In this document: positions 16,090 through 30,423 of the stretch, piece by piece | Layout of the letters: every line of letters begins with the position of its first letter | Numbering within the stretch: position 1 is the first letter of the stretch | Source of the DNA: the human T2T-CHM13v2.0 reference genome, Homo sapiens | Direction: 5' to 3' (one strand) | DNA length: 64,000 nt | NCBI RefSeq assembly: GCF_009914755.1 | Contig: NC_060941.1 | Translations under genes and position numbers: made by a program | Notes under the pieces: model-generated | Databases searched by the model: none | What the model was told of the DNA's origin: nothing | Seen by the model: only the letters and a program-made list of their open reading frames with translations

Positions 16090-16330
16090 TGGTAGCCGCA
16101 GCTAACACTTAACAGGCCCTCTGTCAAGGGCTCTACACGTCTTATTTCACTTTGTCCTTACAACTCCATTTGCAAATGGAGATAGTGGTAGTACTAACCC
16201 CGAAGTTAGTACTACCACTATCTCCATTTACAAGTGATGAAACTGGGGTTTAGAGAAATTAAGTAACTTGCCTGAGGACAGATGGTTGCCAAGTGTCAGA
16301 AGTGGAATGTGAACAAAGGCAAACTGCTTT
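16090..16330 (-). mobile_element. MIR containing a perfect hairpin
   Basis: Core motif ccattt...gatgaaactg...agaaattaagtaacttgcc. Confidence 0.7.
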
Positions 16331-16454
16331 CTTTCAGCTCAACCTAGAAATAACCAAAAACAAAGGTATAGCTGCCCAGGATTGCTGACGCAGCACAAGT
16401 GGAAAAAAACAGATAAAACTGAAATTTCCATATTTGCTGCATAAAGTACTTATG

Positions 16455-16690
16455 CCTATATGATACACTAGAAAGAACATGGGTGTGAAATCATAAGGCC
16501 CTGCATTCCAATATTGGATCCATCACTGGAAAAGTCACTGGACTTTCCTGAAGCTGTTATCTTGTCTATAAATACAAAAGGGCAATGATGTCAGCCTCAC
16601 TGGACTATAGAGAGGATTCAATCTGATGACTTGGAAAAGATTTCTAGAACAGTACCTAGCATGCAGTAGGAGATCCATAAATGGTATGAC
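16455..16690 (+). mobile_element. MIR
   Basis: gaaagaacatgg...tctataaa...tagaacagtacctagcatgcagtagg. Confidence 0.6.
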
Positions 16691-17147
16691 TTGCCTCACT
16701 TGGCCTCTGCTTTCACAAATTAGAAATACAAGTGGAATCCACAAACATTTATTTACTAGAAAATTTTTTATTTTTATGTTTAAATGTATATATATCTGTT
16801 ATACAAATTTATTAATTTGCAATGTGTATGCACAAACATTTTAACAAGATGATATTTCAGAAGGCAACTGAACAGTATCTATCAAAATAAGAGTGTGATT
16901 ATTAGAAATACCATAGACACATTTTTTTTACAAGAACGTTTTTAAATGTACACTCCAAACTAGTCCCAATCCCTAAAGCTAACCACCTTTAACAGTTTCA
17001 TGTGTGGTACCCAGAAAGATTCCCTGCACACGAACACATATGTATCCACAGAGCCTCTAAAACACATATACACAAACACAAACGGAAGCTTCCTATACTT
17101 TATGTACTTCTTTTTAACTTTATCCTATTAGATCTTGCCATAATAAC

Positions 17148-17331
17148 CTATATATATGTGTGTGTATATATATGTGTATATGTGTGTGTGTGTATATATA
17201 TGTATATATATGTGTGTGTATATATGTATATGTGTGTGTATATATGTATATATGTGTGTGTGTATATATATGTATATATGTGTGTGTATATATATGTATA
17301 TATGTGTGTGTGTGTGTATATATATATATAT
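17148..17331. repeat. (TATATG/TG)n compound microsatellite
   Basis: About 180 bp of alternating purine-pyrimidine; generates the spurious CVYI/HTHI ORFs. Confidence 0.95.
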
Positions 17332-17334
17332 TTT

Positions 17335-17833
17335 TAACCATTGCACAAGATGTTGAACCAACTAATAACTCCACCAACAAAGCAATTTCTCACCTAGGAG
17401 TCCATAATAGCCCAAAACAGATGCAGGCATATAATAATCCTTCTTGATATTCTAACTGATAATTTGGCATCTTGAAATCATGGACCAAACTAACAGCCAA
17501 AGTTGTCCACATCCTTACCATTCCTGTCTTTTTGTGGGCACTTGGAAATTATATTACAAACCCTCCAACTACAAACCCCAACATCGGTATTTCACTTTCT
17601 GTCCAATAGGGAACATCCCACCACTATATAAAAAGGCTCTCACCCATGCTTCTCCTTGCTACTTCTGCCTCCTGACCAACCCTTGTGCTTCTCCACATGG
17701 CCTGCATGGTGTGGCATGCCTCCCTCCTCTTGGAAACTGTGAGAAATAAACTCTTCTTTCAAAGGCAACTTGTCTCTATGTCTGTCATCGTATAATGTCT
17801 GATTAAAACAAACCCTGGGTGCATTTTTAAATA
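17335..17833 (+). mobile_element. ERVL-class solo LTR (MER73/MER74-like)
   Basis: TATA (ctatataaaaagg), AATAAA in ctgtgagaaataaactc, and terminal ccctgggtgcattttta. Confidence 0.5.
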
Positions 17834-17986
17834 AGGTGCCTGATGATGGATTACTAGGATGTAAACTCAGGCATTCTTTATAACAATAAAAAATTAAAAG
17901 CAGAAGAGACAGATTAAATTATAGTATATCCACATTATGGATTATCTGTAATTTAGAAGTCCACATGATACAGGTTTAAGACATAG

Positions 17987-18353
<367 letters not shown>

Positions 18354-18555
18354 GTAATTTCTTAATTATATAGGTGTGGATGTCTATTGTAAAATGATAT
18401 GCACAAAATTGTTAATGGTGATTACCACTCCAAAGTGGGATAAAGAGGACACAGAAGGATTGTGACTTTTTACTCTAAATATTTCTATATTGAGGTTTTT
18501 ATAAACATGTATTATATATATAGATTGCATACTTTTCCAAAATGAGGATAAAGAC

Positions 18556-19030
18556 TGTACTAGTCATCTATTGCTTTATAACAAATTATTACAAATTTAA
18601 CAGCTTTAAACAACACACATAAATGTTCTCATGTTTCTGCAGGTCAGAAGTCCAGGCACAGCTGAACTGGGTCTTCTGTTTAGGGCCACAAAAGGCTGCA
18701 ATCATGATTGGACCAGACCTGGGTTCTCATCTAGAGGCTCAACTAGGGAAGGATTCACTTCCCGACTTGTGTGGATGTCAGCAGCATTCCGTTCCTTATG
18801 GCTATCTGATTCATGTATGATTTGTGGCAGCTGCATTTTCCAAAACCAGCAAACGGAATGACAGCAAGTCTACTGGCAAGATGAAGTAATGTAATCCTGG
18901 GAATAATATCCCATTACCATTGCCATAATCTATTGGTTAGAAGCAAGTCACAGGACCTGCCCACACTCAAGGGGAGGGGATTATATAAGGGTATGAACAC
19001 CAGAAGGAGGATCATGAAGACCACCAACAA
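18556..19030 (-). mobile_element. MLT1 LTR
   Basis: tctattgctttataacaaatt...gtcagaagtcc...aagcaagtcacagg...cacactcaagggga motifs. Confidence 0.75.
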
Positions 19031-19235
19031 GACAATTAAGGTCTTTATCAGACCTCCATGGTAAGTATCTGAAGGCTGATCAGAAAGATAATATATATTG
19101 ATATAGCTCATGATTGTAGATCTAAATGAAATTAACCAAACTATACATGCATGAGATCTAAGTCTATGGTCTCCTTAGTAACATTTTCTAAAGTCATGCT
19201 CCAAACTCAAATATAACTAAAATATTTCATTGTCA

Positions 19236-19630
<395 letters not shown>

Positions 19631-21699
19631 TTATAGAAAATATGGGCAATAAGATTATCTTAAACCAAGAAATATGAAAAATGAAAGCAAAGAAGAGAAC
19701 CAGGACAGGACTACTAGCTAAGTGTTGAAGCTGTTTGGTGTGAAATGCTAAGTACACTAGTATATAATGTATACTTGGTGGAAAAAATAAAGCGTGAGAA
19801 TAAGCCAGATGGAGTATGACCTCACCATACTTCTAACAAGTTTGGAACAAGACTATATACCATATCCTACAGGAAGAATAAAAGTAAAGGAAAGGTGCCA
19901 TCTCTACTGAATAGAGAGTCCTAACAAAAAGGCTTCAAAAGGACTCTGCATCTTTAATAATATAAAAAGGCTAGGACACAAACAGCATCATCTAAAATGC
20001 CACTAGAAATACTTCACATACAAAAAGGTCTAAGTAAAGCAGGATTTTATAAAGTGATCAAAAAAGAAACACTAAGGGGGAAAAATCTTTTAAGATTAAA
20101 GAGGTTTTTCAAAGGACAAGTTGAAGTGGCTGTAAAATTTATGAGGCAGCATTAAACTTCAGTTCTAAGTAACAATAAATTATTCACCATAAAAACATAC
20201 ATGTGTCAAATATTATAAGCCTCTTAAACTTTTTAAAACAATTTCTTGCAGAACTGATTAGATATATTAAGTCAAGATTAGCAGATACTAACTTTTTCAT
20301 TAGCATACTATGATCACTCAGAGTAAAGGAGGAAATTTAGAAAAGAAATAAGACAGAACCATCAATAGTCGATTCACCACCAAATGTGATCTGATGTCAC
20401 ACATGATACATATTTCACCTTAAGATTAGTTTCCTTGGCTTTAGCTAAAGTAAATGTTAGTTTTATTTTTAAATGTCTTCATGTATGTAAAAACTACAAA
20501 TATCTGTTAACTAATGTAAATCAAATTAAAATTGTAAAAATAATCAAGTTAAAACTATTAAATTAAAAGAAACATAAGATACCCTGAGATATTTTGTTTT
20601 GGCAGCCCTAATTGACCTTAGTGATTCTGACATTTGACAGAGGATATTTTAAGCATGTCCTTTCCAGCTCCTTCATTGTCATTCCTCACAGTGTGTGAAG
20701 GGAATCGCTATAAACTACATCTAAGCTTCCCTCTATATTTTCTAAAATTTATGCTTCCCTCAACGTTTTCTGAAATGTTAAAAAGAAAAAAAAATCCTTT
20801 TAGGCCATTTCCTCTGTCACAATATACCCGTTTCAAAGGGATTTTGTACAGATTAAATTAAATATGTGGCAGTGTCTAACACAATCTACTTGTTCATGAA
20901 TGCATTCACTGTTGAATATAGATACTTACAGAATTCCTAACACGTTCCTTCCCAGTGCTAGGGGCTGGAAATATAGCAAATACAGCAAACAGCAAAAACA
21001 CAAGTTCCTACCTCATGAAATTTACAATCTAGCACACAGGACAGATAGTAAGCCTCTACACATGGGATGAAGGCAGCAAAGAAACACAGAGTACTAAAGG
21101 AGTAAATGGCGGGGTCGCCTAAACTGCCCTGGGATATCAGATAAGGCTTTTTTCACGTTGCAATCTCTGAAGGATGGGTAGGACTCACCAGAGTGCCTGC
21201 TTTTCCCATTACTTATTATATAACTGACAACGAATGCCTCATACTCTAGCAATCCTTTTGCATTAAAACACCTTTAATAATAGGTGACCAACAAAGAGAA
21301 TTAAGTTATTTTTTACAATTGTGGGGATTTTACTATGGTTCCATTTCTCAAAAAAGTCAATGGCTAATAGTTGAAGGATATTCTCATTGTATTTTCTCAA
21401 ACTTTATCCTGTATTCCAAAGAAGAAAAAAATCTATTCACCCGGACTCCCTGGAAATCTCAAGTCTATTTCCTACCCTGAACCCTTCTCTTATACACACC
21501 TGAATCCTTGCAAATACTTCCATGACTAAGCATAGCCACTGCACTGAAACTATCCATGTGCTCATCTTTCTCCCCCACTCATCTAAAACAATGGTTATAA
21601 ATCAAAAGTCTGGAGGACTTAACAGATGAGTGATTATACTACCAGATATAAGGATATCCTTCACTTCTACAAAGACATAGTGTCTGTCTCTCCCCTTCT

Positions 21700-21825
21700 G
21701 TTTTTTGTTCACAGATGAGGTCTCACCCTATTGCTCATGCTGGCCTCACACTCCTGGGCCCAAGCTAACCTCCTGCTCCCACCTCTTGAATAGCTAGGAC
21801 CACAGACGCACAGGCTGTGCCCAAT
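21700..21825 (-). mobile_element. Degenerate Alu monomer (FLAM-like)
   Basis: Single-arm Alu similarity flanked by the ctctccccttct duplication. Confidence 0.6.
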
Positions 21826-22699
21826 CCTCTCCCCTTCTTAAATCACATGATCCCTCTTTTCTACCTTTCTTCTTTCACTTGATAGAACATAAAAATAGAA
21901 AAACAAATACTTCATTTTCCTCTTAACCCTACTTAAAGGGGAAAAAAAACCTCAAGCTCAATAACAGATGCAATAGACATCAAATTTGGTGTCAGGAATT
22001 AGAAGGAAATCATGAAGGCATATGCTAAGGGGGGTAACCAAGCACTACTTAGCTCCAACATATGGCTGTCTCTTAGAAAGATTTCTAGGTGTCCAGTTTT
22101 AAAGAGAAGCCAGAAAGTTGGGCTTTTATATGAAATTCCCCAAATGTTAATTTTGACAACTCATTTAAAATTGTTAAAGACATTGTTTAAGTCCAACCAA
22201 GCAAATCTACCCACACGATTCATTCAGTCCAGGAAGATCACATATTTTTAAACTATGCTCTAAGCTCTAAGATACAGGAAACTACTTTAGTTCACCTTTA
22301 TACTGTAAACTCCACATTCATTACATCTAGAAAGAAACCCAGAATTTAGCTGGACTCTTAGCAGATATTTTGGCAAACAACTGATGTATTTTGCAGCCAA
22401 ACTAAGAATCGTATTTTTCTTTGTATACAGACCACAATCTCTTTATACCTCCATATAAAAAGATTGCTTCAAAGGCTACAAAAATTCTACAATTACACCT
22501 CTTCTAATTGTAATTCTCCTATGAATGTAAAAATAAGTATTTTAACACCACACTTCCTACAGACTCATCTATTCATTTCTTTTTACTCTTCTGAATATGC
22601 CCTTAATTATTTCACCTCTTCCTTTTTGCCTCCCCATTCTGTTTCTCCTTTCTACTGAAATAATTTTATATGGACTGGATCTCTCACTTTTATTTATCT

Positions 22700-22997
22700 T
22701 TTTCTTTTCTTTTTTTTGAGACAGACTCGCCCTATCGCCCAGGCTGGAGTGCAGTAGTGGAATCTCGGCTCACTGCAAGCTCCGCCTCCTGGGTTCATGC
22801 CATTCTCCTGCCTCAGCCTCCTGAGTAGCTGGGACTACAGGCACCCGCCACCACGCCTGGCTAATTTTTTGTATTTTTAGTAGAGGTGGGGTTTCACCAT
22901 GTTAGCCAGGATGGTCTCGATCTCCTGACCTCGTGATCCGCCCGCCTCAGCCTCCCAAAGTGCTGGGATGACAGGCGTGAGCCACCACGCCCGGCCT
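22700..22997 (-). mobile_element. AluY-like
   Basis: gcaagctccgcc, ccattctcc and ttagccaggatggtctcgatc diagnostics; TSD tttatctttt. Confidence 0.95.
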
Positions 22998-23812
22998 GTT
23001 TATCTTTTTCGACCATAATATCTCAGGTCTGAAAAACATATAAACAGACTACATCAACTGTGGAGACATTTCAAATTACTAATAACATTTCTATATCTGT
23101 TTAAGGAATAAACCAAAAAAATTATAGTGGACAAGAAAGATTATACTGTTAACAGAAACAGATTTCTAAAATTAAAATTACCAAGAGAATGGTGAGGAAG
23201 GAATTATAAAGTATGGTACATGGTAATTGACACTGTCCTATATTTTACTAAAACATTTCAAGGAATAAGGCCAAACAGAAAAGTAAAAATTTGATAAAAG
23301 TCCAAATTTAAATCTATCCCTTCCCTAAAGCCAAAAACTATGCTACCACAATAATGGCCTTTTTGAACATTTCAAAAATTTGGAAATTTATTTTTATTTG
23401 CACTAAAAAAACCTATTTAAGTTTAATACTCTAGTAAGAAAGCACAGTCTAATGGGGTTTACGCTTACATTCATTATATCATTAAGTGAAAACAAATATT
23501 GTTCAAGGTGGATTTGCAGGATATTTTGTTCAAGTTATTGATAATGCTTTTAATGTATGCTTGTCATAAAGGAAAATACATAATTGTGTCATTTAAAGAT
23601 GCTCAGGGACCACTTGTCAAGCAATCAAAAATATATATGAAGTTAACAGGTATCTATTAAATGGCTAAAAATATAAAATAATCTTGAATGTGCAGTTAAG
23701 GGAAAAGTAAACTACTTCCATTATAAAAAAAAGGAAAAACAGAATGTATAAATCAGTTCCAAAGACAGACTAAATGATGAAACACATTCAAAATCCCATT
23801 CTCTTTACATAC

Positions 23813-23985
23813 CTGTAGACATCAGTTGGCGACTGTACTAAAGTGTTATCTTCTCCAGAAGAGAGTTTCCATGATTCATTTAATTTGTGTTCACTTGTCT
23901 CCAGCTCACCCAGTACCCAGGCTGGTAATCCCTCTGGGCTTGAACCTTTTGCTCGTGCTGGATTTGGTTCATCAAAATAGATGGA
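23813..23985 (-). CDS. CEP112: CEP112 coding exon 4
   Basis: Acceptor atcAG|TCC and donor TACAG|GTATGT. 173 nt in frame: SIYFDEPNPARAKGSSPEGLPAWVLGELETSEHKLNESWKLSSGEDNTLVQSPTDVY. The gene continues beyond the left edge of the window. Confidence 0.95.
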
Positions 23986-25598
23986 CTGATTTTTTAAAAT
24001 TAGAAAAATTATTCTTTCAAAATGTACTATAATAAACCACTAAAATTTCCATCAAGTTTCAAGTTTGAAAACAGCCTTTCAAATACTCAAATTCAATTAC
24101 ATTCAAACATTTAAAAAATTAAATGTACATTGAATTATGAGATATTAAAATACATTAAGTGATAACATATTTACATTTTAGTTGCACTCTACTGTCTAAG
24201 AAATACAATAAACAGAAGTACATAACAGATAAATCTGATAGTAATGTTTATATTACAAAAGGAATATTAGTTAAATATGAAAAGTTAAATACAAAGTTTT
24301 TAATTATGTGCCATCCTATCTCTTTCTGTAATCACTAACTACTTTACATACACAAAAAAAGAAATCAGTGGGATGAGAAACACAAACAGTGCAACCCAGG
24401 AATTAAAATTAGGAATCCCTTGATAAGGTGGGAACAGCAGAGTGAAAAACCTGGGATTTAGTTCTGGCCACACTGCTAACTAGCTGGGAAACCCAAGAGA
24501 GTTCTCTAATCTTTCACATTATTATTATTTGTTAAATAAAGCCCTTCCCTTTGATTCTATGAAATTAAGTGTGAATGGGAAAACATGATACAATGTACTC
24601 ATATCTTCACATCTAGATGTGCTTCATAAAATGTTCTACCTTTACACGTTTCTAAAGAAAACTCTGCATTGACTGCACACCTCTGCAACAATTCTCCCAA
24701 TCCTACAGACAGAATCCTCAAGGCACTGTTCTTTAGGGAGGATGACACAAGACCCTCCACTCCATATGGGACATGCACAGAAATTTCTTTTTAAATGACA
24801 TAGTCATTAAAACTTTTGGCATTGTGCCATGGAAAACAGGAATTATTCTCTAATGTTCAGCGTGCCACTTGACTAAATTGTGCTTTAAGTAAACTAATAA
24901 AAGTTTTAAAATACATGACACAAGAATTCTGCAGTTCATTAAAAAAATACATATATATCCTAACAGCAACTATCAAAGCTACCAATACCTAGTACTCCAG
25001 ATTTCTTAAGTACAGGCACTCAAATACCAAACAAACCAAGGTATATTTTATGGTTACAAGGACCAGGGCAGTGACAATTTATCCACCAAGCATAATAATA
25101 ACTGCCTTTGCAATAAAGCTGATTTTGACAATGAAATTAATTTAAGTACAGAAAATGACTTTCAAACTCCATTACTGTCATTTTATTAGAGTAAAAAGGA
25201 ACTTTTACAAATCATGCACTCCAACCTCTCATAAACGTTTAAATAATATATATGAAAGAGTTTAAAAACTAGAATTTACTGAATTACGTAAAAATTACCA
25301 TTACAATCCAGTGAAAATTAGCAAAAAGTAAAGCTCAATATAAAAAATTTCGTTTTCAGTTTTTTAGAAATACTGTTGAATACTGAGGCATAACTAAATC
25401 AATAAGGATACTCCCCTTATAAGCAATACATGTATTTTATTAAAGGTGGAAAAAAATTGAATCAGGAAGAAAAAAAACAATTTTAATATATTATCTAGCA
25501 CATACAACCTAATAGTATTACCATTCCCCAAAGGGATGATAACTTGACGCTTTTTTTTAAATGAAACTAATATATACCTTTTGTTCATTGATACCTAC

Positions 25599-25789
25599 CA
25601 TGTATGAAGGTAGAATTTTTAGTGTCCCGGGTTCAGGTCGGTGTGTAAAAGGGCCTTCAAGCGCACCTCGTTTAAGCATATGCAATAACAATTTTGCATA
25701 CAGGTTCCGATTCTTCCTCCCCATTATTCCTGCACCTGTTCCTGAAGGTTCGCACAGCTTTCTAATCCAAAGAGCACACCTCTGCCGTT
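25599..25789 (-). CDS. CEP112: CEP112 coding exon 3
   Basis: Acceptor tttatAG|AA and donor ATG|GTAGGT. 191 nt, phase-compatible with the previous exon (106+191=297). Translates ERQRCALWIRKLCEPSGTGAGIMGRKNRNLYAKLLLHMLKRGALEGPFTHRPEPGTLKILPSYM (inside ORF 25557..25841). Confidence 0.96.
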
Positions 25790-25885
25790 CTATAAATACA
25801 GAAGAACTATTAGAAATTTTATTTTTTATAAAATGAAACATTCAATTACAAAGACCTATAATAGCACCTGCTTTAGTCTAAAAGA

Positions 25886-26098
25886 AGGACCAACAAACCT
25901 TTTCTGTTAAAGGCCAGAGAGTATATACTTTAGGCTTCACAGGCCATATGATCTCTGGCATAACTACTCTGCCACTGTAGCATGAAAGCACTCAGAGACC
26001 ATAAGTAAACAAATGGCATGACTATGTTCCAATAAAACCTGGCAAAAAAAGACTGTGGGCAGGAGTTGGCCCATGGGCCATTGTCTGCTAACTCCTGG
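25886..26098. mobile_element. MER58A-like hAT MITE
   Basis: aaaggccagagagta...ggccatatg...tgttccaataaaac...ggccattgtctgc. Confidence 0.7.
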
Positions 26099-26194
26099 TC
26101 TACAATTTCACTTTATTAGGTAATTGGTAAATGAGAAAGACAAATGCAAAGAAATATTTTCTCAAAAATAAAATCTCTAGATTATCATTAAATA

Positions 26195-29112
26195 ACTTTA
26201 ATTTTTAATTATTGTGAGTACACAGTAGATATATATATTTAGGCAGTACATGAGATATTTTGATACAGGCATGTAATGTATAATAGTCGCATCAGGATAA
26301 ATCGGGTATCTATCCATCACTTCAAGCATGTATCCTCTGTGTTACAAACAATCCAATTATACTCTTAGTTATTTTTAAATATGCCATTAAATTATTAGTG
26401 ACTGTAGTCACTCTGTTGTGCTGTCAAATACTAGGTCGCATTCACTCTATGTTTTTGTACCCATTAACCATCCCCACTTCCTCCCCACCCATCCTTCCCA
26501 CCCTCTGGAAACCATCCTTCTATCTCCATGAGTTCAGTTGTCTTAATTTTTAGCTCCCACAAATTAGTGAGAATATATGAAGATTGTCTTTCTGTGCCCA
26601 GCTTATTTCACTTAACATAATGTCCCCCAGTTCCAGCCATGTTGTTGCAAATGACAGGGTCTCATTATCTTTTATGGCTGAATAGTACTCCATTGTGTAC
26701 ATATATCACATTTTCTTTATCCATTTGTCTGTTGATGGACACTTAGGTTGCTTCCAAATCTTGGCTATTGTGAACAGTGCTGCCACAAACATGGGAGTGC
26801 AGATATCTCTTGGATACACTGATTTCCTTTCTTTGGGGTATATAACTAGCAGTGGGATTGCTGGATCACATGGTAGCTCTATTTTCTAGTTTTTCTGAGG
26901 AACCTCAAACTCTTCTCCGTAGTCACTCCACTAATTTGCATTAACACCAAAAGTGTAGGAGAGTTACCTTTTCTCCACATCCTTGCCAGTGTTTGTTATT
27001 GCCTGTTTTTGGATAAAAGCCATTTTAACTGGGGTGAAATAATATCTCACTGCAGTTTTTATCTGCGTTGCTCTGATGATCAGTGATGTTGAACATCTTG
27101 TCACATGCCTGTTTGCCATTTGTATGTCTTCTATTGAGAAATGTCTATTTAGATCTTTTGCCCATTTTTAAATCAGATTATTTGATTTTTTTGTATAGAG
27201 TTGTTTGAGCTCCTTATATATTCTGGTTATTCCCTTGTCAGATGAATAGTTTGAAAAGATTTTCTCTCATTCTCTGGATTGTCTCTTCACTTTGTTGATC
27301 GTTTCCTTTGCAGAAGCTTTTTAACATGATGAGATCCCATTTGTCCATTGTCGCTTTGGTTGCCTGTGCTTTTGGAGTATTACTCAAGAAATCTCTGCCC
27401 AGACCACTACCCTGGAGATTTTCCCCAATGTTTTCTTTTAGCAGTTTCCTTGTTTGAGGTCTTAGATTTCAGTCTTTAATCCATTTTTATTTTTGTATAT
27501 GGTGGGAGACAAGGGTCTAGTTTCATTCTTCTGTATACGGATATTGAAAACTTGATATCCGTATACAGAAGAATGCCTTTAAAAATGTTTGCATTTTTGC
27601 TGTGAAAATTACGTAATCACAGAACAAACTAATGAAATATCAGGATTACTTTGTACAAGAAGATACAAAAGTGAAACTGATAAACTTAAGTAAATGGCAC
27701 CATTTATTGAAGAGACTGTCATTTCCCCAGTGTAAGTCCTTCACACCTTTGTCAAAAATGAAATTCCTGTAAATGTACGGATTTGTATCTGAGTTTTTAA
27801 TTCTGCTCCATAGGTCCATGTGATTGTTTTTACGCCAGTACCATGATGGTTTGGTTACAATTGCTCTGTAGTATAATTTGAAGTCAGGTAATGTAATTCC
27901 TCCAGTTTTATTATTTTTGCTCAGGATAACTTTGGCTATTCTGGGTCTTTTGTGGTTCCACATAAATTTTAAGGTTGTTTTTTTCTATTTCTGTGAAGAA
28001 TGTCATTGGTATTTTGATAGGGATTGCACTGAATCTGCAGATTGGTTTGGGTAGTATGGACATTTTAACAATATTGATTATTCCAATCCATGAACATAGG
28101 GTATCTTTCTGTTTTTTTGTGTCTTCTTCAATTTCTTTCATTAATGTTTTATAGTTTTCATTATAGAGATCTTTCACTTCTTTGGTTAATTCCTAGGTAT
28201 TTTATTTTATTTGTAGCAATTGGAAATGAGATTACTTTCTTGATTTCTTTTTCAGATTGTTTGCTGTTGGCATATAGACATGTTACTGATTTTTGTATGT
28301 TGATTTTGTACCCTGCATCTTTACTGAATTTGTTTATCTGTTTTAATAGGTTTTTGGGGGAGTCTTTAGGTATTTCCAATATAAGATCATAGCATCTTTA
28401 AACAAGCATAATTTGACTTCTTCCTTTCCAATTTCGATGCCCTTTATTTCTTTCTCTTGCCTGACTGCTCTAGCTAGGACTTCCAATACTATGCTGAATA
28501 ACAGCGGTGAAAGTGGTCAACCTTGTTGTATTCCAGATCTTAAAGGAAAGGCTTTCAGTTTTTCCCCATCCAGTACAATACTAGCTATGGGTCTGTCATA
28601 TATGAATTTTATTATGTTGAGGACTGTTACTTTGATACCCAGTTTTTTTTAGGGTTTTTATCATAAAGGGATGTTGAATTTTATCAAATGCTTTTCCAGC
28701 ATTAATTGAAATGATCATACAGTTTTTGTCCACCATTGTGTTATGATTTATCACATGGATTGATTTGCATCTGTTGAACCATCCTTGCATCCCTGGGATA
28801 AATCCTAGTTGGTCATGATGAATGATCTTTTTAATATATTGTTGAATTCTGCTTGCAAGTATTTTGCTGAGGATTTTTGCATTAATGTTCATCAGGGATA
28901 CTGGCCTGTAGTTTTCTTTCTTTGATGTATCTTTGTCTGGTTTTGGTATCAGGGTAATACTGGCCTCGCAGAATGACTTTGAAAATATTCCTCCCTCCTC
29001 TATTTTTTTGAATAGTTTGAGTAAGATTGGTATTAGTTATTATTTAAATGTTTAGTAAAATTCATCAGTGAAGCCATCAGGTCCAGGGCTTTCCTTTGCT
29101 GGGAGACTTTTT
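26195..29112 (-). mobile_element. 5'-truncated L1MA (L1MA2/3-like) in CEP112 intron 2
   Basis: Minus-strand ORF2 fragments (NINAKIL..., [10 protein letters not shown]...) and an L1MA-type 3'UTR; foreign insert at 27545-27695. Confidence 0.9.
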
Positions 29113-30094
29113 ATAAATAAAATTCTGTGATAAAATTTTGTTATAATTTTGCATCTCTAAAATAATTTTAGATATATTGAAAAATCTTTCTATAATTTTA
29201 ATTATGTAAACCTTGAAAGAGATAAAATGCAATCTCTGATTTATCTAAGCATTTTCAACTTACTCTAAAATTAAATCTTGAATGTTTTATTTATGAAATC
29301 CAATAATACCCAGGGATTTGTAGCTGATTGATTGAGGGTTTTAACATCTTTAAAAATAATTGAGCACTACTGACATGTCATTTTGTGAAATAATTATTCT
29401 TTTCAAAATCTACCTAAAAATCACAGCACAGTTTAATCTACATATAATGGTCTATATTATCTTGCCATGACACAGGATTGTTTTAGGTCTCATGAAAACT
29501 ATTCTGGTATTAATTTTTTATCAGTCTAAGTCAATTTGAGGATTATATATCTAATGCAAATCATAAATCTGCTCTAATCTTTTAGTTTACAAAGGTCATA
29601 TTCATTTATTGTTTTACCTACAAAAATACACTAAGACCGGATTTACTATGGTGCAAACATCATTTCAGGTTGGAAACTTATGCCTTTAAAATTTTTTGTA
29701 TTTTTTGATATGAAAATTATATAATCATAAAATAAACTTCATGAAATATTGGGAACACTTTGAACAAGAAGAAAATACAAAAGTGAAACTGATAAACTTA
29801 AGTAAATAGTTTTTCAATCTACATACTTTCCACATCCCATAGCAAACTGAAATCTATATAATATTCTAATGTCCAGAATTTAGTACAATTTGGTTAATGA
29901 AAGCATTCCTCTATGTAAAATAATGGGAAAACCCATTATCACAAGTTGAATTTAGCAATAAGATGTAATTTATTATGAATTTCTAGTTCTTGTTTAAGAT
30001 GTGAGTTTCAGATTGCTTATTATAAACTAATTAAATAAAAGAATGCCATAGATGTACCAATACTGACAATGTGTCAAGGAATCAAAGATTATAA

Positions 30095-30423
<329 letters not shown>

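Noticed and set aside
17002-17447. Cys/Tyr/Val- and His/Thr-rich ORFs (also 49583-49912 and 58464-58846)
   Set aside because: Translations of microsatellites.
19830-20440. AT-rich unique stretch resembling a reversed 3'UTR or retrocopy
   Set aside because: No poly(A), TSD or identifiable parent; cannot be supported without a BLAST search.
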